The notes under the pieces were generated by a model. It saw nothing but the letters and a program-made list of their open reading frames with translations. It was not told the origin of the DNA and ran no database searches. From positions 2,046,001-2,110,000 of the forward strand of contig JBHGNT010000002.1 of NCBI GenBank assembly GCA_043228905.1: a DNA stretch of 64,000 nucleotides, in the 5' to 3' direction. Below, piece by piece: positions 12,219 through 25,200 of the stretch (its first letter is position 1; every line of letters begins with the position of its first letter). The position numbers were made by a program, and so were the translations under genes. This DNA comes from Azolla caroliniana. Its lineage: Eukaryota; Plantae; Polypodiophyta.

Positions 12219-15200
12219 TATTAAAAACTCATCATGCCTTGATTAAGCCTTGATGAGTTTCTAGCAATAATCCGAAAATTGCAATAAGAGAGGTATGTAA
12301 ATATGATGGAACAGAAAAATAAGGATCTAATTATTATTACTAAAGATATCAACAACAAACACTCATCTATGTACTCGCAATGGAGCTGGTAAGATAAATA
12401 TACATATGAATGGTGTATAATTTCTAAACTCTCTTCACAATATCGCAATCATGTGAATGGCTCAAGGTTGAATTATACAAAGAACGTGTTTGGGTTGTAT
12501 TGTATGTCAGAGATTGAGGTGTAAACCTGGATATGACCGTTTGGAATTCAGAAGGCTAACATATTTATATGGATGATGTTATGCGCCAAGTTGCAAGGGA
12601 GGGAGCAAGGGATGTGAAACTCGATATAGTACCGTTACTTGCATATATGTCTCAAGCTAACAATACACCATATGCGTTTTTCTGTTTATAAGCTTTTCAT
12701 TTTGGTGCATGTTTTTAGACATGAAGCTCAGAGAGGCATACATAGCTAAGTTACAGTACTAGCATCATATAATTGTGTTTTCAGCGCATTGAAATAAATC
12801 CAGTGTATAGCAGATAAATCAACGTTCTAAATTCAAAGACAAGTTACTAGAATTGAATCACAGATGGATTAGTTTGATAGGTGAAACATTGGGATAAACC
12901 TCCATCTTTTTTGCTCCATAAATGAAACGTTCAACCTCCATTTTTTATACAAGGGATTGTTTAAATTTATGTGTTGATAAGCTTGTACGCCTATTAACAG
13001 ACTATATGTTCTCTCTGTATTAGGATTCATCATATATCTAATGCTTTATTAAACATTATAATATCAACAAAATGGTTTGAAGCTATCCAAATAAGTTATT
13101 CTGCATACTTGCTTTGTGAAAAATGGAATTTATATACAAAATCTCTTCTTTTTTGAAAACCCCAAGGTTTTTCAGTTGGTTTACCATTGGATTAAATGCC
13201 ATGTTGGCTCTAACGGAAGAGTTAACTTTTATACATTTATTTGTTAAAAGATTAGATCGCCCGATGAAAATTGTTTTATTTTGGACATTGGAATCTTTTC
13301 TGATGTTGAGACACATTTCCATTTATTGTTTCTCATGACTAGTGAATAGTAACTAAGTGTGTGTGTCACCTCATCGTTGAAAAATGTAGTCTTAACCATT
13401 AAGTTTTTTAGTCAAAATATCATCAAAGTATCACCAAATTTGGCAATGATCCTTTGTATTGATGAGGCTACCAATCATCCTCATGTTCCCATGCTCATGG
13501 AATTGAAATGGGACCAGTATTCATTCTGAAGAGGGAAATTCCACAATTCGTAACTGTTTTATAACAACATTACCATTATATTAATCAACTCAAATTTACG
13601 GTCAATAAGTAGCTTATTAGTGTTACGTGCTATGCTTTGCTTGCTTCGTAATATGTTTATCAAGATAATCTGCATATAGTGAGAACCTGTTGAATGATGA
13701 TTTATGTTTCCACCCCCTAGCTTCTCTTTGCCAATACATGTAAGGGGAAGTGCTCTTTTAAACATCCTTATCTTCATATCGAATGATCAAACTAAGATTG
13801 GTGTAGGAACAAGAACCATTTGAAGAAGGTTCAGGTTTTTCAACATATAACGATTTGGAACTTTGGCAAGTCTACTCTGGCTAAAACCTTTGTTAAGAAT
13901 GTCTAAACAAATCATACCTCTCTGAAGGATGCAACTTCTGATTTTAAATTGAGGCAGATAAATACCTATCCTATGATAATGAAGCTGAAACCTCCGAATT
14001 TAAAATGGGAAGCACTGAAACCTGTCCTAGGATACTGAGAGGCTCGACGATGCTCAACAAGACTATGTGTGCATCCTAAACATTAAGAGAAACACACTCC
14101 ATGTCTCTGCATTGATCTCCAAAGCAAAACAACATAAGTCCAAGGCTCGAGATAGCTCTTTCAATTAAACCACGATGGCTTTCCATCATGCATGGAAGTT
14201 ATATCTCACCAGCTTTATATTTTGAGAACATAACATCCTTTCCAGACGTTGATTCTCTCTGTGTCTGTGTCCAATTCTTACTCGATAAGACTTCAAATAT
14301 TTGTTTCAATTTCCAGAAAGTATAGTGTGTTAAAACGGTTCAGAGGCAATTAAGTGCTCAATGCAATCATATCAAATGGTGATTTGCAAAGACATTGCCT
14401 TTGCATGCAGCTAGCTTGGCATCAGAAATGTTAGATAGAATAATCCCAAAGTGAAAATAACTACATGAAAACAACTGTAGCTGGATGGATAGGATACAAC
14501 AACTGTAGACTCCTACTGGGTAATTGCACGGGATAATCAATCCCATGTGGAAAGATCCACATCAAATAATTGTATAGGATGCAATTGCCGATCAACCCAT
14601 TTGTAGTATATATCTACTTGTTGCAGCATTGACATTGTCACACCGACTATCTACAACTGTGAGAAAGATGAACTGCTAATCTAACCAACGTTTGAGAAAC
14701 AACAGATGATTGATTGGGCATGAAAGTTATCAGAACATCACACCAATGAAGCATGGTGCCATCTACGCTTGAAGCATGACAAATGAAGTTATCAAAAACT
14801 TGGGAAAGTTGAGTTTAACAATGACCCTTACTAGTAGTGCCAAAGAGTGGAAGATGTGGGCGACAAATTTCGATTACGAAATGTTGCTGAAGAAGCTGAT
14901 TAGAGAGAGGATTGGTCCTAGAGAGAAAGTTCATGTAGATCTTTCTCATTACACTGAAATTCTGAATCAAAGTGAGAGGTATCTTTCTACCATTTAATCT
15001 ATAAATATCAGAATGAAAAGTAACAAAATGATTATAATGTGGTTACAGTTCCAAGTGAGATGACTGAAGCTGTGATTTCAATTCCTAGATGTTCCATTCT
15101 GATGTTATATAATATGGGAACCAAATTTGTGATACCTACTGTGATTTTACACCTAAACATCATGGTCAAAAGATATAGCATCACATCATGATCTTTTTTA

Positions 15201-15544
15201 ACCAGCTTAAATATAAGGTGAAAAAACCTTCTCCTGCAAGGTATGGATCCCATTGATCTTTTCAGTAATTAGCCTTACACTATCAAGATCAATATGCTGA
15301 TCAAATATACGCCAAAAGATATTTTGAATAGAAAAATATCTACGATTCCAAAACAGAGCATTAGAGCAACAATCAAATGCACATTATGCTTGTCTGTATG
15401 TATGGAATGTTATATCCTACTTTGAATCCTGCCATCTGTACTTCCTCCTAGAGAAGTAGGAAATGCAACTGAGTCAAATTGTTATATTCAAAAATCACAT
15501 TCATGTACTGCTAACGGTTGCGTTAGAAGGCTGACAGAAATCTG

Positions 15545-17425
15545 CTATTGTTGTCCAAGCTTCAAGTTAGTGTCAATCAAATCTACAGTTGATGAGCTAT
15601 TGCTAAGACAGTTTATCATACTCTCGTTATTCATCACAGTTATTTCCTGCATCTATGGTAAAACATATTTGATCAGCTTCATGCAATTTATTTATCATGA
15701 TGCAAATTAATACTCCACATAGAACATACCTTTTCCTTCAGCATTTGGTTTTCTTTCATAAGCGTATTCTCCTTTAAAAAGAAACACAAACATTAGAATT
15801 TATCTGAACAGTTTTTCTTGAAGTATAGCTAATCTTATGACAAAAAAGTCTTGAAATACGCAGTTCAAACACCATGAATACAAGACGTATGCTCGTTATT
15901 AGAAGACCTGATTGTATTATTGCTACCTTTGATAATGCAAGTGAAAACTTCGTAAGCCAAGCCAATGGAAGTGAAATCTCATGTATTGTATGCCTGAAGT
16001 AGTTAAAGAACATACTGGATAACTTTGCTATGGCACCGGAAGAAACTCACGGTCAACATTAATATGATTCTGCAATCTTCATCTGAGTTAAGGGTCTGGT
16101 TATTAAAGTATGTATAGAGAACCAACAAGGTGAAGTGATCCTCATATATGGACCATGGTCCTTGAAATAATCAAGGAACATATACTACTAACTTCACGAT
16201 CAGTCTACTCGAATTGGTGAGTACTTTGAAAATTTCATGTTCTAATAACCATGACTGATGAGTACGGTTTTAGATATATATTGAGTTGCAGATATGGCAG
16301 TTAAACATTCTAGCTTTCAATCTTTCTTGGATTATTTGTCCTCAAAAGTATTGAATAATACTGTTGTGGTAATAGGGTTTCGAAAAATTTCACAGTAATC
16401 AACATAAAAACATTGATATTTTTATATTTCATTTATGTATATAGTTTCAATATATTATACTCTATGAAACATTGTTATACACAAGATCAACTTCACATAT
16501 ATAATTTCTATATATTATACCCTATGACACTGTTAGTTTAGACGTTCTTTGGCATGCAACTATAAAAAACATTGACTTGTCTTACCTTATTTGCAAGGAC
16601 TTGAATTTGTTGCTCCATTAATTCACTCTGGAATATATGTAAATTCTAGTGATTTAAAACGAGGAAACAAAATAAATATGTTCATAAGTTATACCAAAAT
16701 AAATACATACCTTTCTTGCTCTTATTTTGTTAACAGACGTGTGAAGAATGGATTCAATCTCTTCCATTGCATTGAACGAGAGAGGCATGTCATGACCCTC
16801 TCCCATTATGTAGCTAAGAAAAATAATAAAAAAACAATTGTAAGACTATATTCTCAGTAATTTCACCAAATTTCTTATGCAGAGAAAGGAATACTCTCAA
16901 ATCCCCTTTGTATATACAGGATTGATGGAGTATATATACATACCATTGTAATTTTCTTAAGTAGTTAACTTGGTTCTTCAAGACAACACTTTCATGCCTC
17001 CAATGCTTTATTTGTGAAACATATCAAAGGCAAGCAACACGATTATAACATCAGAATTTTTAACAATGAATGTCATGTAACAACACAAAATTAAACATAG
17101 CATGGAGCTATAAAAACTTGACATATGATTAAACAGAGCATGGAGCTATAAGATTAATTAATTGACTGCAGTTTGCTGCCAGCTGCGTTAAGGAGAATAC
17201 ATAACCAGTTAATGAGTTAAAAAAATAAAGGTGATGCACCAGTGTATTAAAGCAGTTTTAATAATCTATAGATGGCTGCAATATTATTGATGAGTGTGTG
17301 TATATTTATATTGATTGATTCTTTTATTTAAATGTACTACCTCTGCCTTCTGTTCAAGAGCTTTGTTTAATGAAGCTGCTGGTTGAGAATGGAAGGTCTC
17401 ATACCGTTTAATCATCTCGGGCATG
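15545..17425 (-). CDS. MIKC-type MADS-box transcription factor, I, K and C exons: 17425-17341, 17005-16944, 16813-16711, 16627-16586, 15771-15730, 15646-15545; MADS-domain exon not seen
   Basis: Exon sizes 85/62/103/42/42 bp with GT-AG borders match the canonical MIKCc layout. Protein: SMPEMIKRYETF...|HWRHESVVLKNQVNYLRKLQ|CYIMGEGHDMPLSFNAMEEIESILHTSVNKIRARK|SELMEQQIQVLANK|ENTLMKENQMLKEK|EITVM...DTNLKLGQQ*. Confidence 0.9.
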
Positions 17426-17877
17426 CTGCATTTCATAACACCACCGTGATTAAGTAACTGCCTATATAATAATGATGCAGGAACGTAATAGTGATGCAGA
17501 ATCTTATGAGAAGAAGAAAATAGTAGCTGGATTTTAGCAGAAATGATCTGATGAACAGCTAATGCCAATTTTTCAGTGAACGACTATTATCAGTTATTAA
17601 GCTAACTAACTAATTAAACATGCTATTGGATTACAGATGAAATGTGGACGTGGTATTGGATTAGATCTGCGCTAATTAAACATGAATACGTATATTTTAA
17701 CGCATATTAATCAAGAGGGAGAGTATTCGTTTTGGTGACATAATTCGTTTACAATTAGTCTTTCATTACACGGACAAGTTATTGATGGACATTGGTTTTG
17801 TTTCTCCTTCCATTCCAATCACTCTCTGCATTTTTCGTAAGTCAGACAGTATGGGGCGTAATCCATGAATATCATGA

Positions 17878-17939
17878 GCATAAATGTCATTACAATAGAT
17901 ATATATATATATATATATATATCGTAATGACATTTATGC
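17878..17939. repeat. 16-bp perfect inverted repeat enclosing an (AT)n tract
   Basis: GCATAAATGTCATTAC (17878-17893) pairs with GTAATGACATTTATGC (17924-17939). Confidence 0.85.
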
Positions 17940-18266
17940 ACATGAATCTTGAGAAAACCTAGCTGTGATATATATATATATAAATATATACTCCCGCAGA
18001 AGTTATAGGGATGTTAAGGGAAAGTTTGGGATTGATTGATGAATGACCAAGAGAGGATAAAGATTTCAAGTCTTACATATGCATATAAAAAAGCCATAAA
18101 CCCTAAACCCTATATATATATTATATTATATACACACACACACATACGAGAAGGCCTAGCTAGGTGTGGAAACTTGATTGCATTTCGGTTTGTCTCTGTG
18201 TTAAGATGTATGCTGCACTGTTAACAGCAGAAATTTAATATAATGTTATGTCTCCTGAATTTGTTA

Positions 18267-18366
18267 NNNNNNNNNNNNNNNNNNNNNNNNNNNNNNNNNN
18301 NNNNNNNNNNNNNNNNNNNNNNNNNNNNNNNNNNNNNNNNNNNNNNNNNNNNNNNNNNNNNNNNNN
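18267..18366. other. assembly gap (100 N, true size unknown)
   Basis: Run of n characters. Confidence 1.
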
Positions 18367-18997
18367 ACACAAAGCATATGATATTCCTCTAGTGTTCACA
18401 TTATCCTTGTTATGATATCACTTCATTAGGTTCAATCATGGGACTATGCCAAATGTTTTACAAAGCCTAAAACTTCAAAGTATTATTATCTTTCTCTTTC
18501 AAACTCATAATTCTCGTAAAGTTGTTATAAGTGAGATGACATTATCTATAACAACATGGCCTTTTCTAAATCCATCTTGACCAATGACCTAGTTGTCCCT
18601 TGTTTGTCCGAAATTCACAATTCACTTGGAAGCCATATGCTCCGGTGCAAATTTGTAGCTAAAAAGGACCAAGTTGAGACATAGGGGCATATGCAACATC
18701 CTACACTATATTATCAATTCTGCACATATATAAGATTTAATAATAATAAGAATTCTCGTAAAGTTGTTATAAGTGAGATGACATTATCTATAACAACATG
18801 GCCTTTTCTAAATCCATCTTGACCAATGACCTAGTTGTCCCTTGTTTGTCCGAAATTCACAATTCAATTGGAAGCCATATATATGCTCTGGTGCAAATTT
18901 GTAACTAAAAAGGACCAAGTTGAGACATAAGAGCATATGCAACATCCTACACTATATTATCAATTCTGCACATATATAAGATTTAATAATAATAAGA
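18367..18997 (-). mobile_element. degenerate LINE RT fragment containing a ~242-bp tandem duplication (18509-18750 / 18751-18997)
   Basis: Minus strand reads like GQDGFRKGH..., the LINE RT QxGFR motif; similar to 22640-22940; direct repeat visible. Confidence 0.6.
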
Positions 18998-19237
18998 ATA
19001 AAATCTGATTTAATTATATTTATTATTAATTTAAATTAATAGATAGATAAATAAATAAATAGTAATAAATAAGTAAATAAATAAGTAAATAAATAAACAA
19101 ATAAGTGAATAAATAAATAAACAGTGAGGTTTTGTATGTAACTATTAGACTGGGAACAGAAGAAAAGGAGAGAAACTAGGCGGTAAAGAAGGCGCCAAAG
19201 GAAACTAAAGAAGAAGGAAGAAAATAATTGGGTGACA

Positions 19238-22200
19238 ATGGGAATTGGACGCAGAACAGAAACGTTTCTTCAACAAGATGGTCCTTCTGCTTCTGCCGCC
19301 TCCTGTAACTCCAACAATTATCTTCAGCTTTCCACGGCAGACCTCGCCTCCGTGATATTCGGATGTAAACATTCAACATACGATGAGTGCATTCAGCAGC
19401 TCCTATTCGGTCAGTGGCTTCTTCTTCTCTTTCTCTTTCTTTCTCTCTCTCTCTCTCCCTTTTGCATATAGTTTTCTTCTTCTTCTTGTATTCTATCTCC
19501 ATTCATACAACATATATATGGTGTGGGTATGTATATACATATTCTCTTCGTGGTGATGGGGGCATGTAAACCCCGATGTTGATTGGTTATGGTGCAGCGA
19601 GGAAATAATAAAGTATAACAAATGGTGGCTCGGACATGGAAAGAAGTATTCTCCATGATTTGGTACTGTTATGATCGAAGTGCCTTGTTTGCAGGTACAC
19701 CTGGCTGGGGTTCCTTTGCTTGGTCAATAGTGACTCTTCAACATGTCTATGGAGGTGCATGCCTATAGAATACGTTAGTGGTATGTCATTACTTGTGATT
19801 CCTGGTCCTAATATAAGGGCTGACTCCATATATTTCTGAGAATGAGCAAGTTTAGGCTAAGGTTACGAGAGTCAGCTGTCATCAATGATCTGTTTGAGGT
19901 CTGAGGACAATGGGGCACTGTTTGATGTGCATGGTGTGAGAAAAGCTGTTAAACGCAGCAGAGGAACAATTGGAAGGAGAACGTAAGACATGGCCAAGCT
20001 TAAAGAACGCTGTTAGACAGCAGTAGCAAAATAGTTGCAAAAATTAGAGACACAGCCAAAAATTAGTTGAGTGACCTTGCATTACCAGACAGGTACAATA
20101 AATGAGGAATAAGAGGGAATAATCTTGGAAAATGGGAGGAGAGAAGGCATTTAAAAAGTTGGAGTTTCTAGAGAGAGAAGAATCTAGGAAGAGAGAGAAT
20201 GTCGAGGAGAGATAATAAAGATGAAAGAGAGTGCAGATCTGGAGTTGCAACCCTCTAAAACATCCTCTTAGCTCCATAACGGTGGTCCAACATTGAGTTG
20301 AGCAGGGAGCAATCAATGGCTTGCCTTGGAAGTGGCTTAGTAAACAAATCAGTCACATTCTCTTGACTAGGACAATAATAGGCCAAGTTTATGACTTGTG
20401 ATTCCACTAATTCACGAACAAAATGGCAATGCAGTTCAATATGTTTCATTCTACCCTAAAATACTGAGCTATGTGCTAATGCACAAACACTTTGACGGTT
20501 AGTGAAAACTTGAATAGGAAAGATTTACAAAACACCAATTTGATGGGTGATGGAGCAATTGCATTAACCAAAGCAATTCACAACAAGTATCCAAATAGGC
20601 TCGATATTCAACTTTGGTCGATGAAGTAGAAATTGAATTTTGCTTCTTTGATTTCCAAGAAATTAAGCTTGAGCCTAGGACAAAACAATAGCCAGATGTG
20701 GACCATCTAGAATCAATGTCACCTGCCCAATCAGCGTTGAGTAGCCAACAAGCTCAATGCTGCCCTAAAAGAGACACCATATTTGAGTATGTTGGCCAAA
20801 TACCTAAGAACTCGAATAGTTGCTTGCCAATGACTTTGTCTTGTAACACTTGAGAATTGGCTGAGAATATTCAGACTATAGGACAAATCAGTCCCAGTGT
20901 TAGTTAAGTGAAGAAGAGACCCAATTAACCTTCTATATTTTGTGATATCTTCAAATATGGGAGAGTCATCTTCACGAGATAGGTTTGAGTTTGGATCCAT
21001 GGGACATGAGAGTGGCTTGCAATTTGACATGCCATAGATCTCAAGGAGCAGCTTGAGATGCCGATGTTTGTTGAGGAATATACCACCATGTGATTGATAG
21101 ACGTCCATACCTAAGAAGTAATGGTGATTGATAGATGTCCATTAGTCATTTCAAATGTGGTTTTGAGGTCAACACTGAGCTACTCTATTTTAGAAGCAAG
21201 GAACCTTGTGTTTAGAAGATCAACATATAATATGATCATGCATAACAAATCAACTTGGGAAAAAAGATTGAGATTGGTATTAGCATAACAATGCTGAAAC
21301 CCAAGAAAAAGAAAGAAAGATATATGAACGTCTTTTAAGAGGCCAAAATGGCCTATAAGACCAAATAAGAGATTACATCTTGCGTGTTTTCTCGTCTTTG
21401 AGAACAAATCAAAATAAAATAAATATTACACAGTAAATATAAAAGTAAATAAGATGAAAAGAGAAGAAATGAGGGAATCTGGTTTTTGGTACATGTGAGA
21501 TTCTCAAGTTAGGTAAGAAAGAAAGAAAGAAAGAAAGAAAGATATATTAATGTCTTTTAAGAGGCCAAAATGGCCTATAAGACCAAACAAGAGATTACAT
21601 CTTAAGTGTTGTCTCGTCTTTGAGAACAACAAATAAAAAAAAGAAGTAAATAATATAAAAGTATAAAAGTATATAAGATAAAAAGAGATGAGGGAATCTG
21701 GTTTTCGGCACATGTGAGATTCTCAAGTTAGATATATTGTAGCTTTTGTCTTCAAAAGATCTCTAGCATAGGTCGATCCAAAATGGAAATGTCTCCGAAG
21801 CGAGGGAAGCACATGTGATGGCGGGAGATAATGGCTTTTATCTATCGATGACAAGGGTGTCGAGGTCGTGGTCCATGGAGCCGGGGTCTACGTGCACAAC
21901 AAATTGTTGTTGCCTAATCAATTGTAACCCCTTTGTTATGTCCTGGTTGGGAGCCCGTTTGTGTATCCCATGATTGACTTGTAGCATTGGTCAGAGTGAT
22001 GTGGCTAAAGAATGTTGTGATTGTTCTTTGTGGATGAGCTTGTGTGGCTGTATTCTTCAACAAGTTTTCCCGATGTCTCTTGAGCTTTAGCAAGAAAAGT
22101 CCTAGGCACCGTTGTCGCGAAAATACGACGAGCTCCCATCTTTGTGTTGATTATATCGTGGGGCACCGATGCTTTGCTCCTAATCATGCAAGCAATCATT

Positions 22201-25200
22201 GACACTAAAGGTCTCTCTAAATCTTTCCAATGATTTGCCTTGTTAAGACACGGTCCCCATGTTTCTACTCCATAGAGAAGAGTTGGTGTGACAAGTGTAT
22301 CAAATAAACACAGCTTAGTTCGTGGCTCTTGGAACTGCAACTGTGCACATTGTCTCTCAAGAGCACCAAGGGCTGCATATCCACGAGAAAGTCGGGCACA
22401 AGCAGCCTCATGTAAGGAGAATCTAAGCCCTGTAAATGTTACTCATAGGTATGTGTAGGAGCGTGTGTACTCCACCTTTTCTTCTCCCAAGAAAAATTCC
22501 GGTTCTGATCTTGTTATCCATGCTTGAGTTGTGTTAAACACCATCACTTTAGTTTTATCCGTGTTGATTGACAAACCTTTGTCCGTACAAAATAGTTTTA
22601 AGGCATCAATTTTGTCATACCAAGCTTTGGAAACTTTGGAAGCATAATATAATATATGATATTCCCCTAATGCTCATATTCTCCTTATAATAATATCATA
22701 TCAAGCATATACTATCCTCTACATATTCTCAGGTATCCATGGCATGTAATAATTGCTTCATTATTTTTACTCATGAGACTATACCACATGCTTTACGAAA
22801 GTCTACAATGCAATATACCTTTCTCTTTCAAGCTTGGGCTTCCTGTATAGTTGTTATAACTGATATATAGTAGTATGACCTTTTCTAAATCCATCTTAAC
22901 TTGCGGATGTTGTTCCTTGTTCGTCTAACAGTTCAACAACATTTCCCGTTCCTTGTTGATGAAGTCGTGTGGTTGTGCTGTCTTTCAACAACTACTTTCT
23001 ATAGGTCATTTTGGCATCATAAAAGATGTTGATATATCTTTCTTTCTTTAGAGTGCATGTGGTGCCCAAGGAAATGCCAGAAAGTACACAACTGATCTAA
23101 GACAAGGAACATGGTTATCATGGTCATTACATTTATATATAATGGGCATCCATTATAATAGTAATGGCCATCCATGCTTTCCTGCACGCACTGAAAGGTT
23201 GTGCTAAGAGGAAAGACCTTGAAACAGGTCTCAATATCCATACTGAAATGGTTAGAATATACCTTTCTCTTTCAAGCTTGGGTTTCCTGTATAGTTGTTA
23301 TAACTGATCTATAGTAGTATGACCATTTCTAAATCCATCTTAACTTGCGGATGTTGTTCCTTGTTCGTCTAACAGTTCAACAACATTTGCCGTTCCTTGT
23401 TGATGAAGTCGTGTGGTTGTGCTGTCTTTCAACAACTACTTTCTATAGGTCATTTTGGCATCATAAAAGAGGTTGATATATCTTTCTTTCAAATGCCAGA
23501 AAGTACACAACTGATCTAAGACAAGGAACATGGTTATCATGGTCATTACATTTATATATAATGGGCATCCATTATAATAGTAATGGCCATCCATGCTTTC
23601 CTGCACGCACTGAAAGGTTGTGCTAAGAGGAAAGACCTTGAAACAGGTCTCAATATCCATACTGAAATGGTTAGAACTGGGGTGATTGAGAGAGAAATCT
23701 GGATTAGAAACACTTTGGTTGATATGTACGTGAAATGTGGCTCTCTTACTAGAGCATATCAAGTGTTTGAGGAACTTCCGATCCGGAACGTGGTCATGTG
23801 GACTCGTCTTCTCTCAGGATTCAGTGACAATGGATGTGCAAATGATGCCATTGATATGTTTGATCGTATGCAGATCGAAGGGGTTTATCCGAATGCAGTA
23901 ACATTTGTTTGTATGTTGAAAGCTTGTGGAAGCATAAGAGCATTCAGCAAGGGCAACATTATCCATGGGGAGATTGAAAGACTTGGTTTGCTCACAAGAA
24001 ACAACCCTTTCCTTGGTGGTGCCTTGGTTGATATGTATATGAAATGTGGTGTTCTTATAATGGCACATGAGGTATTGGAACATCTTCCTGTCCGGAATGT
24101 TGTGTCATGGACTGCATTACTTGCAGGGTATGTTGAACATGACCTTGGGAAAAAAGCACTAGAATGCTTTAGAGAGATGCTAAAAGAGGGTATTTCCCCG
24201 AATGTTGTCACTATTGTTTGCACTTTAAGAGCTTGCCACAGTATACTAGCGATAGAAGAGGGGCAGAGAATACATGCCTATGTTAGAAAGAACAACACCT
24301 TGGAAGGGGATATTATTGTTGGAAGCGCTCTTGTTGACATGTATGCCAAATTTGGCTTGCTTTCAGAGGCACAAGAAGTGTTTGATAAACTCCTTGGTCG
24401 AGATGTTGCGTCATGGACATCATTAATAGCAGGATATGCTGAACATGGTTATGCTAAGGATGCACTAAAATGCTTTCAGCAAATGCAAATGGAAGGTGTT
24501 CCTCCAAATGCTCTCACACTTGTGTGTATTCTAAAAGCATGTGCTAGCACAGGAGTTGCAGGTAATAAAGGTATTGAAATACATAGTGAGATCGATAGAA
24601 GGGAATTGCTGGAAAGCAATGTTTTTGTTGGCAGTAGCTTGGTCGATATGTACGCAAAATGTGGTCTTGCTGGGAAAGCACAAGAAGTATTTGATAAGCT
24701 TTCCTTTCGAAATGTTGTGTCGTGGAATGCTTTGATTTCAGGATATATTGAATCAGGAGACAATGAGCGGGCACTAAAATGTTTTGAAGAGATGCAGTTG
24801 GAGGGTCTCTTACCAGATATGGTCACCTTTGTTTTCACTATGAAAGTTTGTGGAAACGTAGGAGCAATAAGTAAAGGTACTGAAATACACGCTGCAATCA
24901 CAAGAAAAGGGCTTTTGGAAGGAGATTTTTCCATTGGCTGTAGCCTAGTCGATATGTACGCTAAGTTTGGGTGGCTTACAATAGCGAAACAAATCTTTGA
25001 TAAACTTCCTCTTCACAATGTAGTCTCATGGAATTCATTGATTATGGGGTATGCTCAATTTGGAGAAAGTATAACTGCTCTTGAAGGGTTTGAAAAGATG
25101 CTAAAAGAAGGTGTAAAGCCAGATGAGGTAACCTTTATCATCATCCTTAATGCATGCAATCGGGCACGGCTTTTTGCTGAGTGCCATGCGTACTTTGAGA

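Noticed and set aside
12560-12660. IYMDDVMRQVAREG..., a possible LINE RT fragment or gene exon
   Set aside because: Too short and degenerate to call.
15929-16083. Two AG/GT-bounded segments in a MADS intron as possible extra exons
   Set aside because: No K-box similarity, and the flanking 42-bp exons already join in frame.
18367-18997. Similarity between the sequence upstream of DCD exon 1 and upstream of the PPR (22640-22940), suggesting a duplicated promoter
   Set aside because: On the minus strand both read as decayed LINE RT (QxGFRKGH...VDFRKA), so they are independent TE remnants.
23814-24934. Antisense ORFs over the PPR, and similar antisense ORFs over the copia and other exons
   Set aside because: Shadow ORFs of real coding sequence with no independent motifs.
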